Origin: an uncultured Thermodesulfatator sp.
GTDB lineage: Bacteria; Desulfobacterota; Dissulfuribacteria; Dissulfuribacterales; QOAL01
Length of the DNA: 64,000 nucleotides
Reading direction: 5' to 3'
Assembly: GCA_964581255.1 (NCBI GenBank)
Contig: CAZOMT010000015.1
Location: 91,186-155,185, forward strand
A model generated the notes under the pieces. The model searched no databases. It was not told the DNA's origin and worked only from the letters and a program-made list of their open reading frames with translations. A program made the position numbers and the translations under genes. Positions 32,136 to 41,682 of this stretch are shown in pieces (the first letter of the stretch is position 1; every line of letters begins with the position of its first letter).

Positions 32136-32381
32136 TCAAAACATCCTGACCCTGCCGCAATCTGGGCATACCCAGGTTGGTCCGTTGCTGATGCCCCACA
32201 TGTTTTCCTTGAGGCAACTGTCACAGATCTGGAAACCACATGGGCAGTTCCAGCAAAAAGGAAGCTCTGCCCCGCAACAATGGCATTTATAAGAGCTTTT
32301 TTTCCCCCAGCGTGCCTTTTTCTTTGGGTGATTCCCTGAAAAGTTTCGGGGCTTATCCATACCTTTTTCTTTTATAGACAT
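32136..32381 (-). CDS. Basic, Cys-rich miniprotein (zinc-ribbon-like)
   Basis: 81 aa. The N-terminus is basic (KPRNFSGNHPKKKARWGKKSSYK). Ten Cys residues follow in CHCCGAELPFCWNCPCGFQICDSC...VCPDCG. Its ATG directly abuts the TAG stop of the upstream kinase (TAGATG). Confidence 0.55.
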   Translation of the reverse strand: MSIKEKGMDKPRNFSGNHPKKKARWGKKSSYKCHCCGAELPFCWNCPCGFQICDSCLKENMWGISNGPTWVCPDCGRVRMF

Positions 32382-33935
32382 CTATCCTTCTTGTTGGACT
32401 GGCAGGTGAATGATCATGACGGTCTCCATGCCAGCCTCGGCGAACCGGGCCTCTTCAGGAGGGGATTGGGCTTCAATATAGCCTCCATGATCCTTTATAA
32501 TGCCAAATGAGACAGAAAGGCCCAAGCCCGTGCCCTTTTCAACTCCCTTGGTGGTAAAGAAGGGATCAAAGATCTTTTTCTGGATATCAGGCGGGATTCC
32601 GATCCCGGTATCGCCTATAATTATGCGTACTTCTTTCTTCTCAGGGTCGTATTCAGTCCAGATGCCTATGATCCCTTCATGTTCAATGGCATGGTGGCCG
32701 TTTTTGATGAGGTTCATTATGACCTGCCTGAGCTTTTCCCTGTTCCCGCATACCTTGGGCAGGTCTTCTTGGAGATTCTTGTTAACATATACGTGATCCA
32801 TGTTCAGGGAATGTTCCATGACAGCGAGAACTTCCCTGATACATTCGTTGAGATCCACTTCCACTGTATCTGAATCAGGTGTGTGGCGAGAGAATTTCAG
32901 AAGGTCTGCAACGATACGTTTGCAGATCTTTGTCTGTTTTTCCACGATCTTGAGCGATTCATATGCATCCCTGTTGTCTTGGCAATCCTCTTCCAAAAGC
33001 TGGGTATAACCAAGTATTATGCCAAGAGGCGTATTGATTTCATGGGCAACACCTGCAGCAAGTTGTCCCACAGAGGCCATTTTTTCAGACTGTATCAGGC
33101 TTTCCATCACCTGTTTCATGTTGGTGATATCCTTGGCAATGCCTTCACAGCCTCTTATGGTGCCATCGTCGGACCGGAGTACCGATATGGTGAGGATAAC
33201 GTAGATTATGGTTCCATCTGGCCTCTGGAGCTTTGCCTCAAAATCCTTTATGAGGCCTTCTTCACAGAGCTGGGAACGAAAGGTGATCCACTGGTCTTGG
33301 TCTGCAAAGAGCTCTCGGAAGGATTTGCCTATAACGTCTTCCCGCTTTTCAAATCCCAGCATCTCCACGCCGCTGGGGTTTATGTCTTCAATGGTTTGGT
33401 CTGCGCTGCAAAAGAAGATCATGTCCATTGAGCCCTCAAACAGGCCGCGGAATTTCTTTTCGGACTGTTGGAGCTCTAAGGTCCTTTCCTCAACCATGCG
33501 TTCCAGGTTCTGGTTTAGTTCTCTGAGTGCTTCCTGTGCCTTCCTGAGACGTTGGTTGGCCTCGTAAAGGGCTTGGGCGTCTTCCCTGACCCTTTCTATG
33601 ACATCCCTTACGTTTGAATAGTAGAAGGTGAGTACGGCTACCGAGGTAAAACTGATGGTGTTCAGGCCTCCAGAATATGGAGCTATGAGCCTCCATAGGT
33701 GGCCTTCATTGAAGTAGAGCAAGCCAAAACGGACTGCATGCCCCACACCCCTTGAAACTGCAAGTGCGACGAGCGCCATGCTGAACCAGAACATGTATGT
33801 CCAAAGCACGCTTTTAGGCTGAAGCTGGGTAAGCCTGTGGGCATAATAAAAGGCTATCAGTGAGAATATCACCATGAGGAGCGCACCCACAAAATCCACA
33901 AAATATACTGGGAAAAGGGGTAGTGTCTGGTTCAT
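32382..33935 (-). CDS. Membrane-bound PAS-domain sensor histidine kinase
   Basis: 517 aa with about 4 N-terminal TM segments, a coiled-coil, a PAS domain, HisKA (GVAHEINTPL) and HATPase_c (GTGLGLSV). Confidence 0.9.
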   Translation of the reverse strand: MNQTLPLFPVYFVDFVGALLMVIFSLIAFYYAHRLTQLQPKSVLWTYMFWFSMALVALAVSRGVGHAVRFGLLYFNEGHLWRLIAPYSGGLNTISFTSVAVLTFYYSNVRDVIERVREDAQALYEANQRLRKAQEALRELNQNLERMVEERTLELQQSEKKFRGLFEGSMDMIFFCSADQTIEDINPSGVEMLGFEKREDVIGKSFRELFADQDQWITFRSQLCEEGLIKDFEAKLQRPDGTIIYVILTISVLRSDDGTIRGCEGIAKDITNMKQVMESLIQSEKMASVGQLAAGVAHEINTPLGIILGYTQLLEEDCQDNRDAYESLKIVEKQTKICKRIVADLLKFSRHTPDSDTVEVDLNECIREVLAVMEHSLNMDHVYVNKNLQEDLPKVCGNREKLRQVIMNLIKNGHHAIEHEGIIGIWTEYDPEKKEVRIIIGDTGIGIPPDIQKKIFDPFFTTKGVEKGTGLGLSVSFGIIKDHGGYIEAQSPPEEARFAEAGMETVMIIHLPVQQEG

Positions 33936-34483
33936 ATGGCTTGGCTCCCGTGGTTTTCGTCAGCCTTTTGTTTTTCCACTCTCTTACAAAAGTGGCGAAG
34001 GCTCATGGACAGGCTCCACATGGCTGGCACGCATAGAAAATGGTCGAACTGTCCCAGGTAATATATCCATCTCTCCATGGTCAATGGGCCGGCCAAGTAG
34101 CTAAAGATATGGTGTTTGCCTACGATTATGGCAGATTTGTCCAGTCTCAGGGCAAGGATGTGCTCCACAAAGGTGTCAAGGTTCCAGACCAACCAGAAGA
34201 ATATGGAAATCTTAAAATATTTCCAGGCCTTACTGCTATCCACTGGATATTTGTTCAGGATGTATATCAAGAATAGAAGGGCCACGGAGAAAAATATATG
34301 GCCCATCAAGTGGACTATAACGCCTTCTGGCGGACCGTGGACCTGGACAGCCTGGGCGGTGTCTGGAAAAACAAAGAGAAACAGAAGAAAGAGGTATATG
34401 AAAGAGGTCAATGTCTTCCCCTGTGTTTTACCCTTTGGCCATGCGGTCGGAATCATGCGGGCTATGAAGTCTTGAAGGCCCAC
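33932..34483 (-). CDS. Polytopic membrane protein, translationally coupled to the kinase
   Basis: 183 aa with about 4 hydrophobic segments and several His residues in or near them (VHLMGHIFF, FVEHILAL, GKHHIF). Its stop overlaps the kinase start (ATGA). Confidence 0.6.
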   Translation of the reverse strand: MGLQDFIARMIPTAWPKGKTQGKTLTSFIYLFLLFLFVFPDTAQAVQVHGPPEGVIVHLMGHIFFSVALLFLIYILNKYPVDSSKAWKYFKISIFFWLVWNLDTFVEHILALRLDKSAIIVGKHHIFSYLAGPLTMERWIYYLGQFDHFLCVPAMWSLSMSLRHFCKRVEKQKADENHGSQAI

Positions 34484-34617
34484 TTGCCCTGCCAGGAGTC
34501 CAAAGGGTGGTCATGATAGTGTAAATGGTTCCATCTATCTGTTATTCAAGATTATTTCCAGTATAATACCCCAATGTCAAGATGAAGAACAGTACAGGTC
34601 AAAGAATAACTCTTATC

Positions 34618-35586
34618 TCATTCTGTCAAGCCCTTGGTCAGCCTGTATGCGGCGCCAAGTATGCCAAGTAGCGGCTCGTCAACCGCAAAGACAGCCATGT
34701 CTTTGAGCAGGTTTGCCATGCGCCCCTTATCCTGGAAGCAGGCCCTGAAGGGGCCTTTTAAAAGAAAGTCCATGAGATGGAGGGTAATGCCTCCAGTCAG
34801 ATAGATGCCTCCCGAAGGCAAGCATTTTAGTGCAAGGTTGGATGCCTCCTCACCATAGGTCTTGAAGAAGAATTCCACTGCATTCAGGGCATCCTCATCC
34901 CCATTCTGGGCAAGTTTTGATACATGGGAAGCCCTTTCCTTCAAGGGGATAGATGAGAGGCGCTCCAGGGCTCGTTTGTCCTCCCTTACAAAGAAACGGT
35001 ATATCTCCACCAATCCAGAACCTGAAAGGACCCTTTCAAAGCTGACGTGCCCATATTTTTTCATAAGGTGGGCGAGGAGTAAGATGCCTGTTTCATCCCT
35101 TGGGGAAAGGCTTGCATGCCCACCTTCTGTCCGGAGCACCTGCCAGCCGTCTTTGCAGCGGACGAGTATGGCCTCACCCAGGCCTGTGCCAGGTCCGAGT
35201 ATGGCCTTTGTTCCAAGGGGATCTATCTTGGCCCCTTGCACCTTTATGAGCTTGTCTTCATCAACAGCAAGAAGCCCCCATGCCGCTGCTTCGAAGTCGT
35301 TAAGGACAATACATTTTTCTAGGCCGAGCTCCTCGCTTATTTCGTTGCAGTCTATGTCCCAGGGGATGTTTGTCCCCTTGATTTTGCCTTTTTCCATGAC
35401 GCCAGCGGCAGCCAGGGCCGCCATTCTGGGAAGAGGGATCTGTAAGTCGTTCAAGAACCGTTTGAAGAGATCTCTCGCCCCCTCAAGTGCCTGCGTGGGA
35501 TAGACATGGATGACCTCAACCTTTTGGTTTTCCACTATGGCAACTCTGGCATTGGTGCCTCCTATGTCAGCGCAGAGGAGTTTCAT
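34618..35586 (-). CDS. glk: Glucokinase
   Basis: I trimmed the start to MKLLCADIGGTNARVAIVE (ATG at 35586), which avoids overlap with the usp gene. The Glk-family N-terminal motif is present. Confidence 0.85.
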   Translation of the reverse strand: MKLLCADIGGTNARVAIVENQKVEVIHVYPTQALEGARDLFKRFLNDLQIPLPRMAALAAAGVMEKGKIKGTNIPWDIDCNEISEELGLEKCIVLNDFEAAAWGLLAVDEDKLIKVQGAKIDPLGTKAILGPGTGLGEAILVRCKDGWQVLRTEGGHASLSPRDETGILLLAHLMKKYGHVSFERVLSGSGLVEIYRFFVREDKRALERLSSIPLKERASHVSKLAQNGDEDALNAVEFFFKTYGEEASNLALKCLPSGGIYLTGGITLHLMDFLLKGPFRACFQDKGRMANLLKDMAVFAVDEPLLGILGAAYRLTKGLTE

Positions 35587-35591
35587 GTCTG

Positions 35592-36065
35592 TTATCCGGC
35601 CTGTTCTGCTGGCCAGCCAATGGGCACGCACAGGACAGGGCAGGGCAGAAGGCGCACAACCTTCTCTACTGTGCTGCCAAAGAATATCTCTTCTATTTGT
35701 CCTCCCTTGCCCCGGCTTCCGTATCCTCCCATCACTATGAGGTCAACTTGGAAGTCTCTTGCCTTGAGGGCTATCTCCTGGAAAGGTGTACCAGCAGATA
35801 CAATGGTGTCCTTTACAAGGCTGTTTTCTGTCCAATCCTTTAAAAATTTTCTGAACGCCTGGGTTGCCTGGTTGTTCAAGCGCTCGAGGACGTTCTCTAT
35901 GGGTTCTTTTGCAAATTTAGAGAAGTGTTCTGCTTCCCTGGTATCCACCACATGCATGAGAATGAGCTCAGCTTCATAGGTCCTGGCAAGCGTAGCAGCA
36001 TAGTTCAATGAATTAAGAGCACAATCTGAAAAATCAGTTGGTACCAGTATCAAGGAAATATTCAT
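35592..36065 (-). CDS. Universal stress protein (UspA family)
   Basis: 157 aa with ILVPTDFSDCA, LILMHVVD and DLIVMGGYGSRG. Confidence 0.88.
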   Translation of the reverse strand: MNISLILVPTDFSDCALNSLNYAATLARTYEAELILMHVVDTREAEHFSKFAKEPIENVLERLNNQATQAFRKFLKDWTENSLVKDTIVSAGTPFQEIALKARDFQVDLIVMGGYGSRGKGGQIEEIFFGSTVEKVVRLLPCPVLCVPIGWPAEQAG

Positions 36066-36068
36066 TTT

Positions 36069-36980
36069 CTACTCCAAGCAAAACGAAAAGATTTCCGTAC
36101 TCCAGCCCTTGTCTTCAATATAATGGATTTGCACGAGCCCCCTTTCCGTAAGCATCTGTCTGAGCCTGAGTCCTGGGCCTGACCGATAACCAGAAAGAAC
36201 AAGAAAGCCTTTCCTCGACAGTTTTTCCACTAAGTTGTCAAGAAGCCTGAAAAGTACAGATGGGGTAAGATTAGCTACAATAACATCCTGTTTTTTTAAA
36301 TTCAATGTATCAATAGGGGCAGACGATACCTTAATCTGGTTTGATAGCCGGTTGAGACGAATATTCTGCCTGGCAGAATCAAGGATCTTTTCGTCAATGT
36401 CAAGGCCAAGCACCTGGGCAGCTCCCATCCGCGCTGCAAGAATTGCAAGTATGCCTGTGCCAGTTCCTATATCCAATACTCTGGCGCCTTGGAGCGTGCC
36501 CTTTCTATGAAGATAGTCCAGGGCCGTTACAGCCCCTATGGTCGAAGGATGGCGTCCTGTTCCAAAGGCCCAGTCCGCCTTGATAAAGATAGTGCCTTGC
36601 GGCAGTAAACGTGGATCTTCTTCTGCTTCTGTTAACAGACGTATCTTCCAGTCGCCTGGAAGTTCTATGATGGCTGCCTCGGCCACATATTCCGTGCTAT
36701 TGGCTCTGGCGATTTCAAGATCCAGGCCTTCAGGAAATATGTTTTTTAATCTTGAGGCATTGTCCAACAGTTTGGAAAAGGCACTGAGACATGGGTCGAT
36801 TTCATTTTCTGACACTCTCAAGGATATGTGTATGGTGTCTGACTGCGTGCCGACAGTAACGGGGCTTTCTTCTTTAGGGAAACATTTCTTTACAGATTGA
36901 GACAGCCACCGGGTTGCCTCTTTTATATCTGCACCTCGGGCGTGGATCTTGAAAACCAGTTGGCTATCAGGTTTCTTCAT
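36069..36980 (-). CDS. prmA: Ribosomal protein L11 methyltransferase
   Basis: 303 aa with FGTGRHPST and the SAM motif VLDIGTGTGILAILAARMGA. Confidence 0.85.
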   Translation of the reverse strand: MKKPDSQLVFKIHARGADIKEATRWLSQSVKKCFPKEESPVTVGTQSDTIHISLRVSENEIDPCLSAFSKLLDNASRLKNIFPEGLDLEIARANSTEYVAEAAIIELPGDWKIRLLTEAEEDPRLLPQGTIFIKADWAFGTGRHPSTIGAVTALDYLHRKGTLQGARVLDIGTGTGILAILAARMGAAQVLGLDIDEKILDSARQNIRLNRLSNQIKVSSAPIDTLNLKKQDVIVANLTPSVLFRLLDNLVEKLSRKGFLVLSGYRSGPGLRLRQMLTERGLVQIHYIEDKGWSTEIFSFCLE

Positions 36981-37677
36981 CGTCGTCAGGCAAGGGGTGC
37001 GTCTTTTTGTATTCCTGGATCAGCCCTTCAAGATGCTCCATCCTGCCTTTGACATCGGCCAATTCCCTTTTTGCCTCATCGAATTGTAATAGCTCCATAG
37101 CAAGGCGAGCATCCTCGAGTTCCAGGGACAAGGTGGCTGCCTTCTGGGCCAATGCCTCGGCATCGGTAGGAATGGCACCCGCAAGATCATTGAGCCTGGA
37201 TCGGAGTTTTTTATACTGCTTTTTTAGTCCAGTTTCTTGCTTCAGTAGCTTGGCTTTGGAGGTTGTATAGGCAAACTTGGCTTGCTCTTGGGATTTTTTC
37301 GCAAGGAATATGGCCTTTCGATATGACCGTTTTGAAGCGTAATATTTGGCCTTTTTAAACAGGGCCACTGCCTCATCCCACTCCTTGGGACAATATTTTG
37401 ACGCCTGAGCTGTTTGGGCCTTTTCAAGGAGAGAATTGGCGACATCCCGCTGTGCCCTCCATTCCTTCCTGAGTTTGGCCCCCGGGGTCTTTTCTACGAT
37501 CTTTTGAAGCTCAGCCCTAATCTCTTTCCTGAGATCCTGGGTAAGCTTATGGGGGTCAGAAAACGAGAATCCAGACAGGATCAGCACCCCAATGGCGATA
37601 AGCAGGAGCTTCATTGCAGACAGTAAGCAATTTGCAGCTATAAAGGCCTTGTCGCCCTTAGGGTCCTTGAGTTTCAA
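36967..37677 (-). CDS. Anchored or secreted coiled-coil protein
   Basis: 236 aa with a hydrophobic N-terminal segment (MKLLLIAIGVLILSG), a long Lys/Glu/Ala-rich helical region and an acidic tail (DDDEET). I recognise no family. Confidence 0.55.
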   Translation of the reverse strand: MKLKDPKGDKAFIAANCLLSAMKLLLIAIGVLILSGFSFSDPHKLTQDLRKEIRAELQKIVEKTPGAKLRKEWRAQRDVANSLLEKAQTAQASKYCPKEWDEAVALFKKAKYYASKRSYRKAIFLAKKSQEQAKFAYTTSKAKLLKQETGLKKQYKKLRSRLNDLAGAIPTDAEALAQKAATLSLELEDARLAMELLQFDEAKRELADVKGRMEHLEGLIQEYKKTHPLPDDDEET

Positions 37678-37722
37678 TGCCTTGTCCTTTTACGGATTGT
37701 TCTTGGTCTTTTCAATGGTGGT

Positions 37723-39063
37723 TCAATGGATATTCAGGTTGTAGGTGATGTGGTCCCTGATCCATTTTGCATCCCACCATTCGATTGGATTAATAAAAAC
37801 GCCTGCGAGCATCATGCCAAAATGGAGATGATCTCCTCCGGCAAGGCCTGTGGAATCGGTCCTTCCTATGATTTGGCCCTTTTTGACCGTCTCTCCTTTG
37901 GTAACATTCATCTGATTGAGGTGGGAATAAAGGCTCATAAGACCCATCCCGTGGTCTATTACAATGGTGTTTCCATAAATGCCATTGTCTTGGCAGAATA
38001 CCACCTTGCCATCGTTTGCAGCAGGTACTGGAGCATGAGCGATAGAGGCTATGTCTATCCCCATGTGAAACGCCTGGTCGATTTCCTTGCCTTTATAGAA
38101 GTAGTGTCTTTCATCTGCAAAGCCTGCCCTGCGTGCTCCTGCAAAGCGCTTGAACGCACCTTTCCACATGATGACAGGCGCCGACGACATAGATAGAGAT
38201 AGGAGAACTCGGTTGTCTTTTTTCCTCATTTCCCTGTTGACCTTCAAAAAGGTCTCGATGAGGGTGGAAGATGCTACTTCTGGAAAACGGGATGCAAAAC
38301 CAGGCATCTTTCTTTGAAGAAATGAGTCTGTAATGTTGATCTTGTCCTTGGCCCATCTACTTGGAAAGGCCCTGAATGCCATCCCTCCAATACCTATGTT
38401 TCCAGCCTCATCCCACGCCTTTACAACTATTTGGCGCGGGTGTTTCATGTTGAAGGGAATGGCAAAGAGCGCCCGATAGATGTTGTCCCGGCCCTTTACT
38501 GCCTTGAAGAAGATGTCACCCACCTGTATCCCTGCCTTAACTGCCTTTTCATTTAAAGTGAAGGATACGGCTCCAGCCCCTCCTACCTTGACATTGTGAA
38601 CCGTGCTCAGGACTGTCACGACAGGAGGGATGAAATCCACCTTTAGCGGTATGGACAGGATGGATTCATTGCCCTTTGCCCCATTTCTAAAGGATGCGTC
38701 GTAGGCTGAAATCCTCACTTCCAGATTTGAAGGTGAAAGGCCAAGTTTTAATGGGGAGATGGTCCATTTGAACTCTGCCCTCTTGATTTCAGAACCCCTC
38801 CACCTCGGTACCAGGGGAAATTCTTTTGAACCCAGGACGAAGTGCTTGCCGCCTTGGACAATTTCTGCACTGATTTTCCTGAGCCCTGTCTGTTCATCCC
38901 ATACCTGGACGGCAATGGTTGCATTTTTACCGACGATCCTGGGCAACTTCACAGGCTTTATGACAGGCGGAGTGCCTTCAAACAGCCTGAATCCCAAGAA
39001 CGCACATATGCCAAGGAGGCAGATGACTAAAACAAGGAAGATGGTGCCAATGGTCTTTTTCAT
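37723..39063 (-). CDS. M23-family metallopeptidase (murein endopeptidase-like) with N-terminal anchor
   Basis: 446 aa. HMGIDIA and GDHLHFGMMLAGVFINP are M23/LytM motifs. Confidence 0.88.
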   Translation of the reverse strand: MKKTIGTIFLVLVICLLGICAFLGFRLFEGTPPVIKPVKLPRIVGKNATIAVQVWDEQTGLRKISAEIVQGGKHFVLGSKEFPLVPRWRGSEIKRAEFKWTISPLKLGLSPSNLEVRISAYDASFRNGAKGNESILSIPLKVDFIPPVVTVLSTVHNVKVGGAGAVSFTLNEKAVKAGIQVGDIFFKAVKGRDNIYRALFAIPFNMKHPRQIVVKAWDEAGNIGIGGMAFRAFPSRWAKDKINITDSFLQRKMPGFASRFPEVASSTLIETFLKVNREMRKKDNRVLLSLSMSSAPVIMWKGAFKRFAGARRAGFADERHYFYKGKEIDQAFHMGIDIASIAHAPVPAANDGKVVFCQDNGIYGNTIVIDHGMGLMSLYSHLNQMNVTKGETVKKGQIIGRTDSTGLAGGDHLHFGMMLAGVFINPIEWWDAKWIRDHITYNLNIH

Positions 39064-39087
39064 GCGATTGTCCTTTTGGTGGTTCCT

Positions 39088-39720
39088 TCACCCAATGATT
39101 GTCCCATTAAATCGATTCATTGCCTCGTCAATCCCCTTCTCAACAAAGACAAGTATGGCATGGGAGGCGGTTTCGGCAACCTTTTCCATAAGGATCATCT
39201 GATCAGGGCTGAAACGGCCAAGCACGTATTTGTCTGCTGGAATTTCAGGAGGAGGCCTGTCTATACCTATCTTAAGTCTTGGAAAGGCTCTCGTGCCCAG
39301 GGCTTCTATTATGGAGTGTACGCCCTTGTGGCCGCCTGGACCACCAGAGCGGACGAATTTTATCCTGCCTAGTTCAATGTCCATGTCATCGTGTACCACA
39401 AGGATGTTTTCTGGCCTGATCTTATAGAAGGAGCTTACTTGAGCCACAGCCATTCCGCTCCTGTTCATATATTCCAAGGGTTTTACAAGGGTCAAGCGAG
39501 CACCATGCAAATCCGATTCGGCATATGCCAACTTGGGCCCTTTCTTCTCTTCCCTGAAGGAGGTGCGCAATTCAAGAGCCAATGTGTCCAGGACCATAAA
39601 ACCTGCGTTGTGCCTGGTATTTTTATATTTCTGCCCAGGGTTTCCGAGACCGGCTATGAGGATTCGGTGCAAAAAAAACAGCCTCTCTGAGACTTGTGGA
39701 GACTCTCTTAGGGCCTGCAA
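39088..39720 (-). CDS. pth: Peptidyl-tRNA hydrolase
   Basis: LIAGLGNPGQKYKNTRHNAGFMVLD is present. The true start is probably downstream of the track ATG and non-ATG. Confidence 0.92.
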   Translation of the reverse strand: MQALRESPQVSERLFFLHRILIAGLGNPGQKYKNTRHNAGFMVLDTLALELRTSFREEKKGPKLAYAESDLHGARLTLVKPLEYMNRSGMAVAQVSSFYKIRPENILVVHDDMDIELGRIKFVRSGGPGGHKGVHSIIEALGTRAFPRLKIGIDRPPPEIPADKYVLGRFSPDQMILMEKVAETASHAILVFVEKGIDEAMNRFNGTIIG

Positions 39721-39752
39721 AAAATTTGCAGGCCCGCTATCAATGAAAGGAT

Positions 39753-40400
39753 CTATTCCTCGGTTTCTTCCTCTGTTGTAATCTCTTCTTCTTCCTCGAG
39801 CTCCTCCTCCTCTTCTTCCACTATAGGAGCAGCAGCACCAACTACAGTCAACAAGGTGGTATCAGGTGGATCGATGAATTCCACGCCTTCTGGAGGCGAA
39901 AGATCCCTTACGTGGAGTGCATCTCCAATATCAAGTTCTGAAACGTCGAGCTCTATTTCTTTGGGTATGGCAAGGGGAAGACACGATATGGTCACTGTCC
40001 GCTGGATGAGTTCCAGCACTCCACCGCTCACCTCTACCCCTTTGGCCTTTCCTATCGGGGTTACAGGGACTTCGATCTTGATCTTCTCATCCACAGAGAT
40101 GGCATAGAAGTCGATATGGCGGATCCTGTCGTTTACAGGGTGTCTCTGTATTTCTTTGATGAGCGCAAGCCGTTCTTCCTCATCTGCTCCGTTGGTGTCG
40201 AGGTTGAGGGTGAATATTACCTGTTCCCCCCTGGCCTTGAAGAGCATCCTGTTAAAGTCATGTTCGTTTACAGACAGGGACACAGGCTCTATCTTGGGGC
40301 CGTAAAGTACAGCTGGTATCTTGCCCTGCTGCCTCATCTTTCTGGCAGCACCTTTGCCTGCCTCCTTTCTGACATTGGCATCCATGGTTATCCTGATCAT
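39753..40400 (-). CDS. rplY: 50S ribosomal protein L25 / general stress protein Ctc
   Basis: 215 aa with an N-terminal L25 fold (GKGAARKMRQQGKIPAVLYG) and an acidic C-terminal tail. It lies in the prs-ctc-pth gene order. Confidence 0.9.
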   Translation of the reverse strand: MIRITMDANVRKEAGKGAARKMRQQGKIPAVLYGPKIEPVSLSVNEHDFNRMLFKARGEQVIFTLNLDTNGADEEERLALIKEIQRHPVNDRIRHIDFYAISVDEKIKIEVPVTPIGKAKGVEVSGGVLELIQRTVTISCLPLAIPKEIELDVSELDIGDALHVRDLSPPEGVEFIDPPDTTLLTVVGAAAPIVEEEEEELEEEEEITTEEETEE

Positions 40401-40452
40401 TTTAGAAAACTCCTATGTTTAATCATAAAGAATGGTTATCCAAATCAAATTA

Positions 40453-41397
40453 TTATACAAAAAGAGAACTTACAGAATCGTCGTCGTGGATTCTGGAAAT
40501 GGCCTCTCCAAGTATGGGAGCAACAGTAAAGACCTTTATCTTATCCAGTTTCCTGGCCTTTTCACTCAATGGAACAGTATTGGTTACCATAACCGATTCG
40601 AGGGCCGAGTCCTTTATTCTCTCAACTGCCGGGCCCGACAGGACTGGGTGTGTGGCACAGGCATGAACCTGTTTGGCTCCGTGTTCCTGGAGGGCTGCCG
40701 CTGCATTACAGAGTGTTCCTGCTGTATCCACCATGTCGTCGAGTATTATGGCTATCTTATCTTTCACATCGCCAATGATGTGCATCACTTGGGACTCATT
40801 GGCCTTTTCTCTCCGTTTATCAATAATGGCAAGGCCTGTACCGAGCCTTTTTGCAAAAGCGCGTGTCCTTTCCACTCCACCTGCGTCAGGAGACACCATG
40901 ACCACTTCATCCTTTGGAAATTCACGAAGATGCTCAAGTAGCACTGGCGCAGCAAATAGGTGATCCACAGGAATGCTGAAGAACCCTTGTATCTGGCCAG
41001 CATGGAGGTCCATTGCCAGGAGCCTGCGTGCCCCTGCTGTGGTGATGATATCCGCCACGAGCTTGGCTGAGATGGGCACCCTGGGTGCTGCCTTTCTGTC
41101 TTGGCGAGCATATCCATAATAGGGTACCACTGCGGTGATCCTCCTGGATGAAGCCCTTCTGAGGGCATCGACCATGATGAGAAGCTCCATGAGGTGATCG
41201 TTTACAGGCGGACAGGTGGGTTGAATCACAAACACGTCTGCCCCTCTGACATTTTCACCTATCTCAACAAAGGTCTCTCCGTCACTGAACTTTTTCACCT
41301 GTGCCCTGCCCAAAGGCATATTCAAGTAGTCACAAATTTCCTGCGACAAGGCAGGATGAGCGTTTCCTGTAAAGATCTTTATCTTGTTGATAGACAT
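40453..41397 (-). CDS. prs: Ribose-phosphate pyrophosphokinase
   Basis: I trimmed the start to [21 protein letters not shown] (ATG at 41397). Motifs are [10 protein letters not shown] and [11 protein letters not shown]. Confidence 0.95.
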   Translation of the reverse strand: MSINKIKIFTGNAHPALSQEICDYLNMPLGRAQVKKFSDGETFVEIGENVRGADVFVIQPTCPPVNDHLMELLIMVDALRRASSRRITAVVPYYGYARQDRKAAPRVPISAKLVADIITTAGARRLLAMDLHAGQIQGFFSIPVDHLFAAPVLLEHLREFPKDEVVMVSPDAGGVERTRAFAKRLGTGLAIIDKRREKANESQVMHIIGDVKDKIAIILDDMVDTAGTLCNAAAALQEHGAKQVHACATHPVLSGPAVERIKDSALESVMVTNTVPLSEKARKLDKIKVFTVAPILGEAISRIHDDDSVSSLFV

Positions 41398-41594
41398 ATC
41401 CTCGATAGCCCCCTTGATTTCGAAAAGGCAGACCAAGTCCTGCCGTATTAGAAACAATATTTCAAGGGCATGTTTCTGTTATATCCCTATTCCCCTATAA
41501 AGAGAGATAGTATAGTGGAACAGTCGGCCTTCAGTCAGGCTCATAAAGCCCTGTGCCTGAAATGTGACAAGCACCCTAAAAACTTCTAATTAAA

Positions 41595-41669
41595 TGGCTG
41601 GGGCGGCAGGATTCGAACCTGCGAATGCGGGTTCCAAAGACCCGTGTCTTACCGCTTGACGACGCCCCA
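41595..41669 (-). tRNA. tRNA-Gln (anticodon UUG)
   Basis: The reverse complement is TGGGGCGTCGTCAAGCGGTAAGACACGGGTCTTTGGAACCCGCATTCGCAGGTTCGAATCCTGCCGCCCCAGCCA. It folds as a cloverleaf with anticodon loop CTTTGGA. Confidence 0.93.
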
Positions 41670-41682
41670 ACTGCATTGTTTG

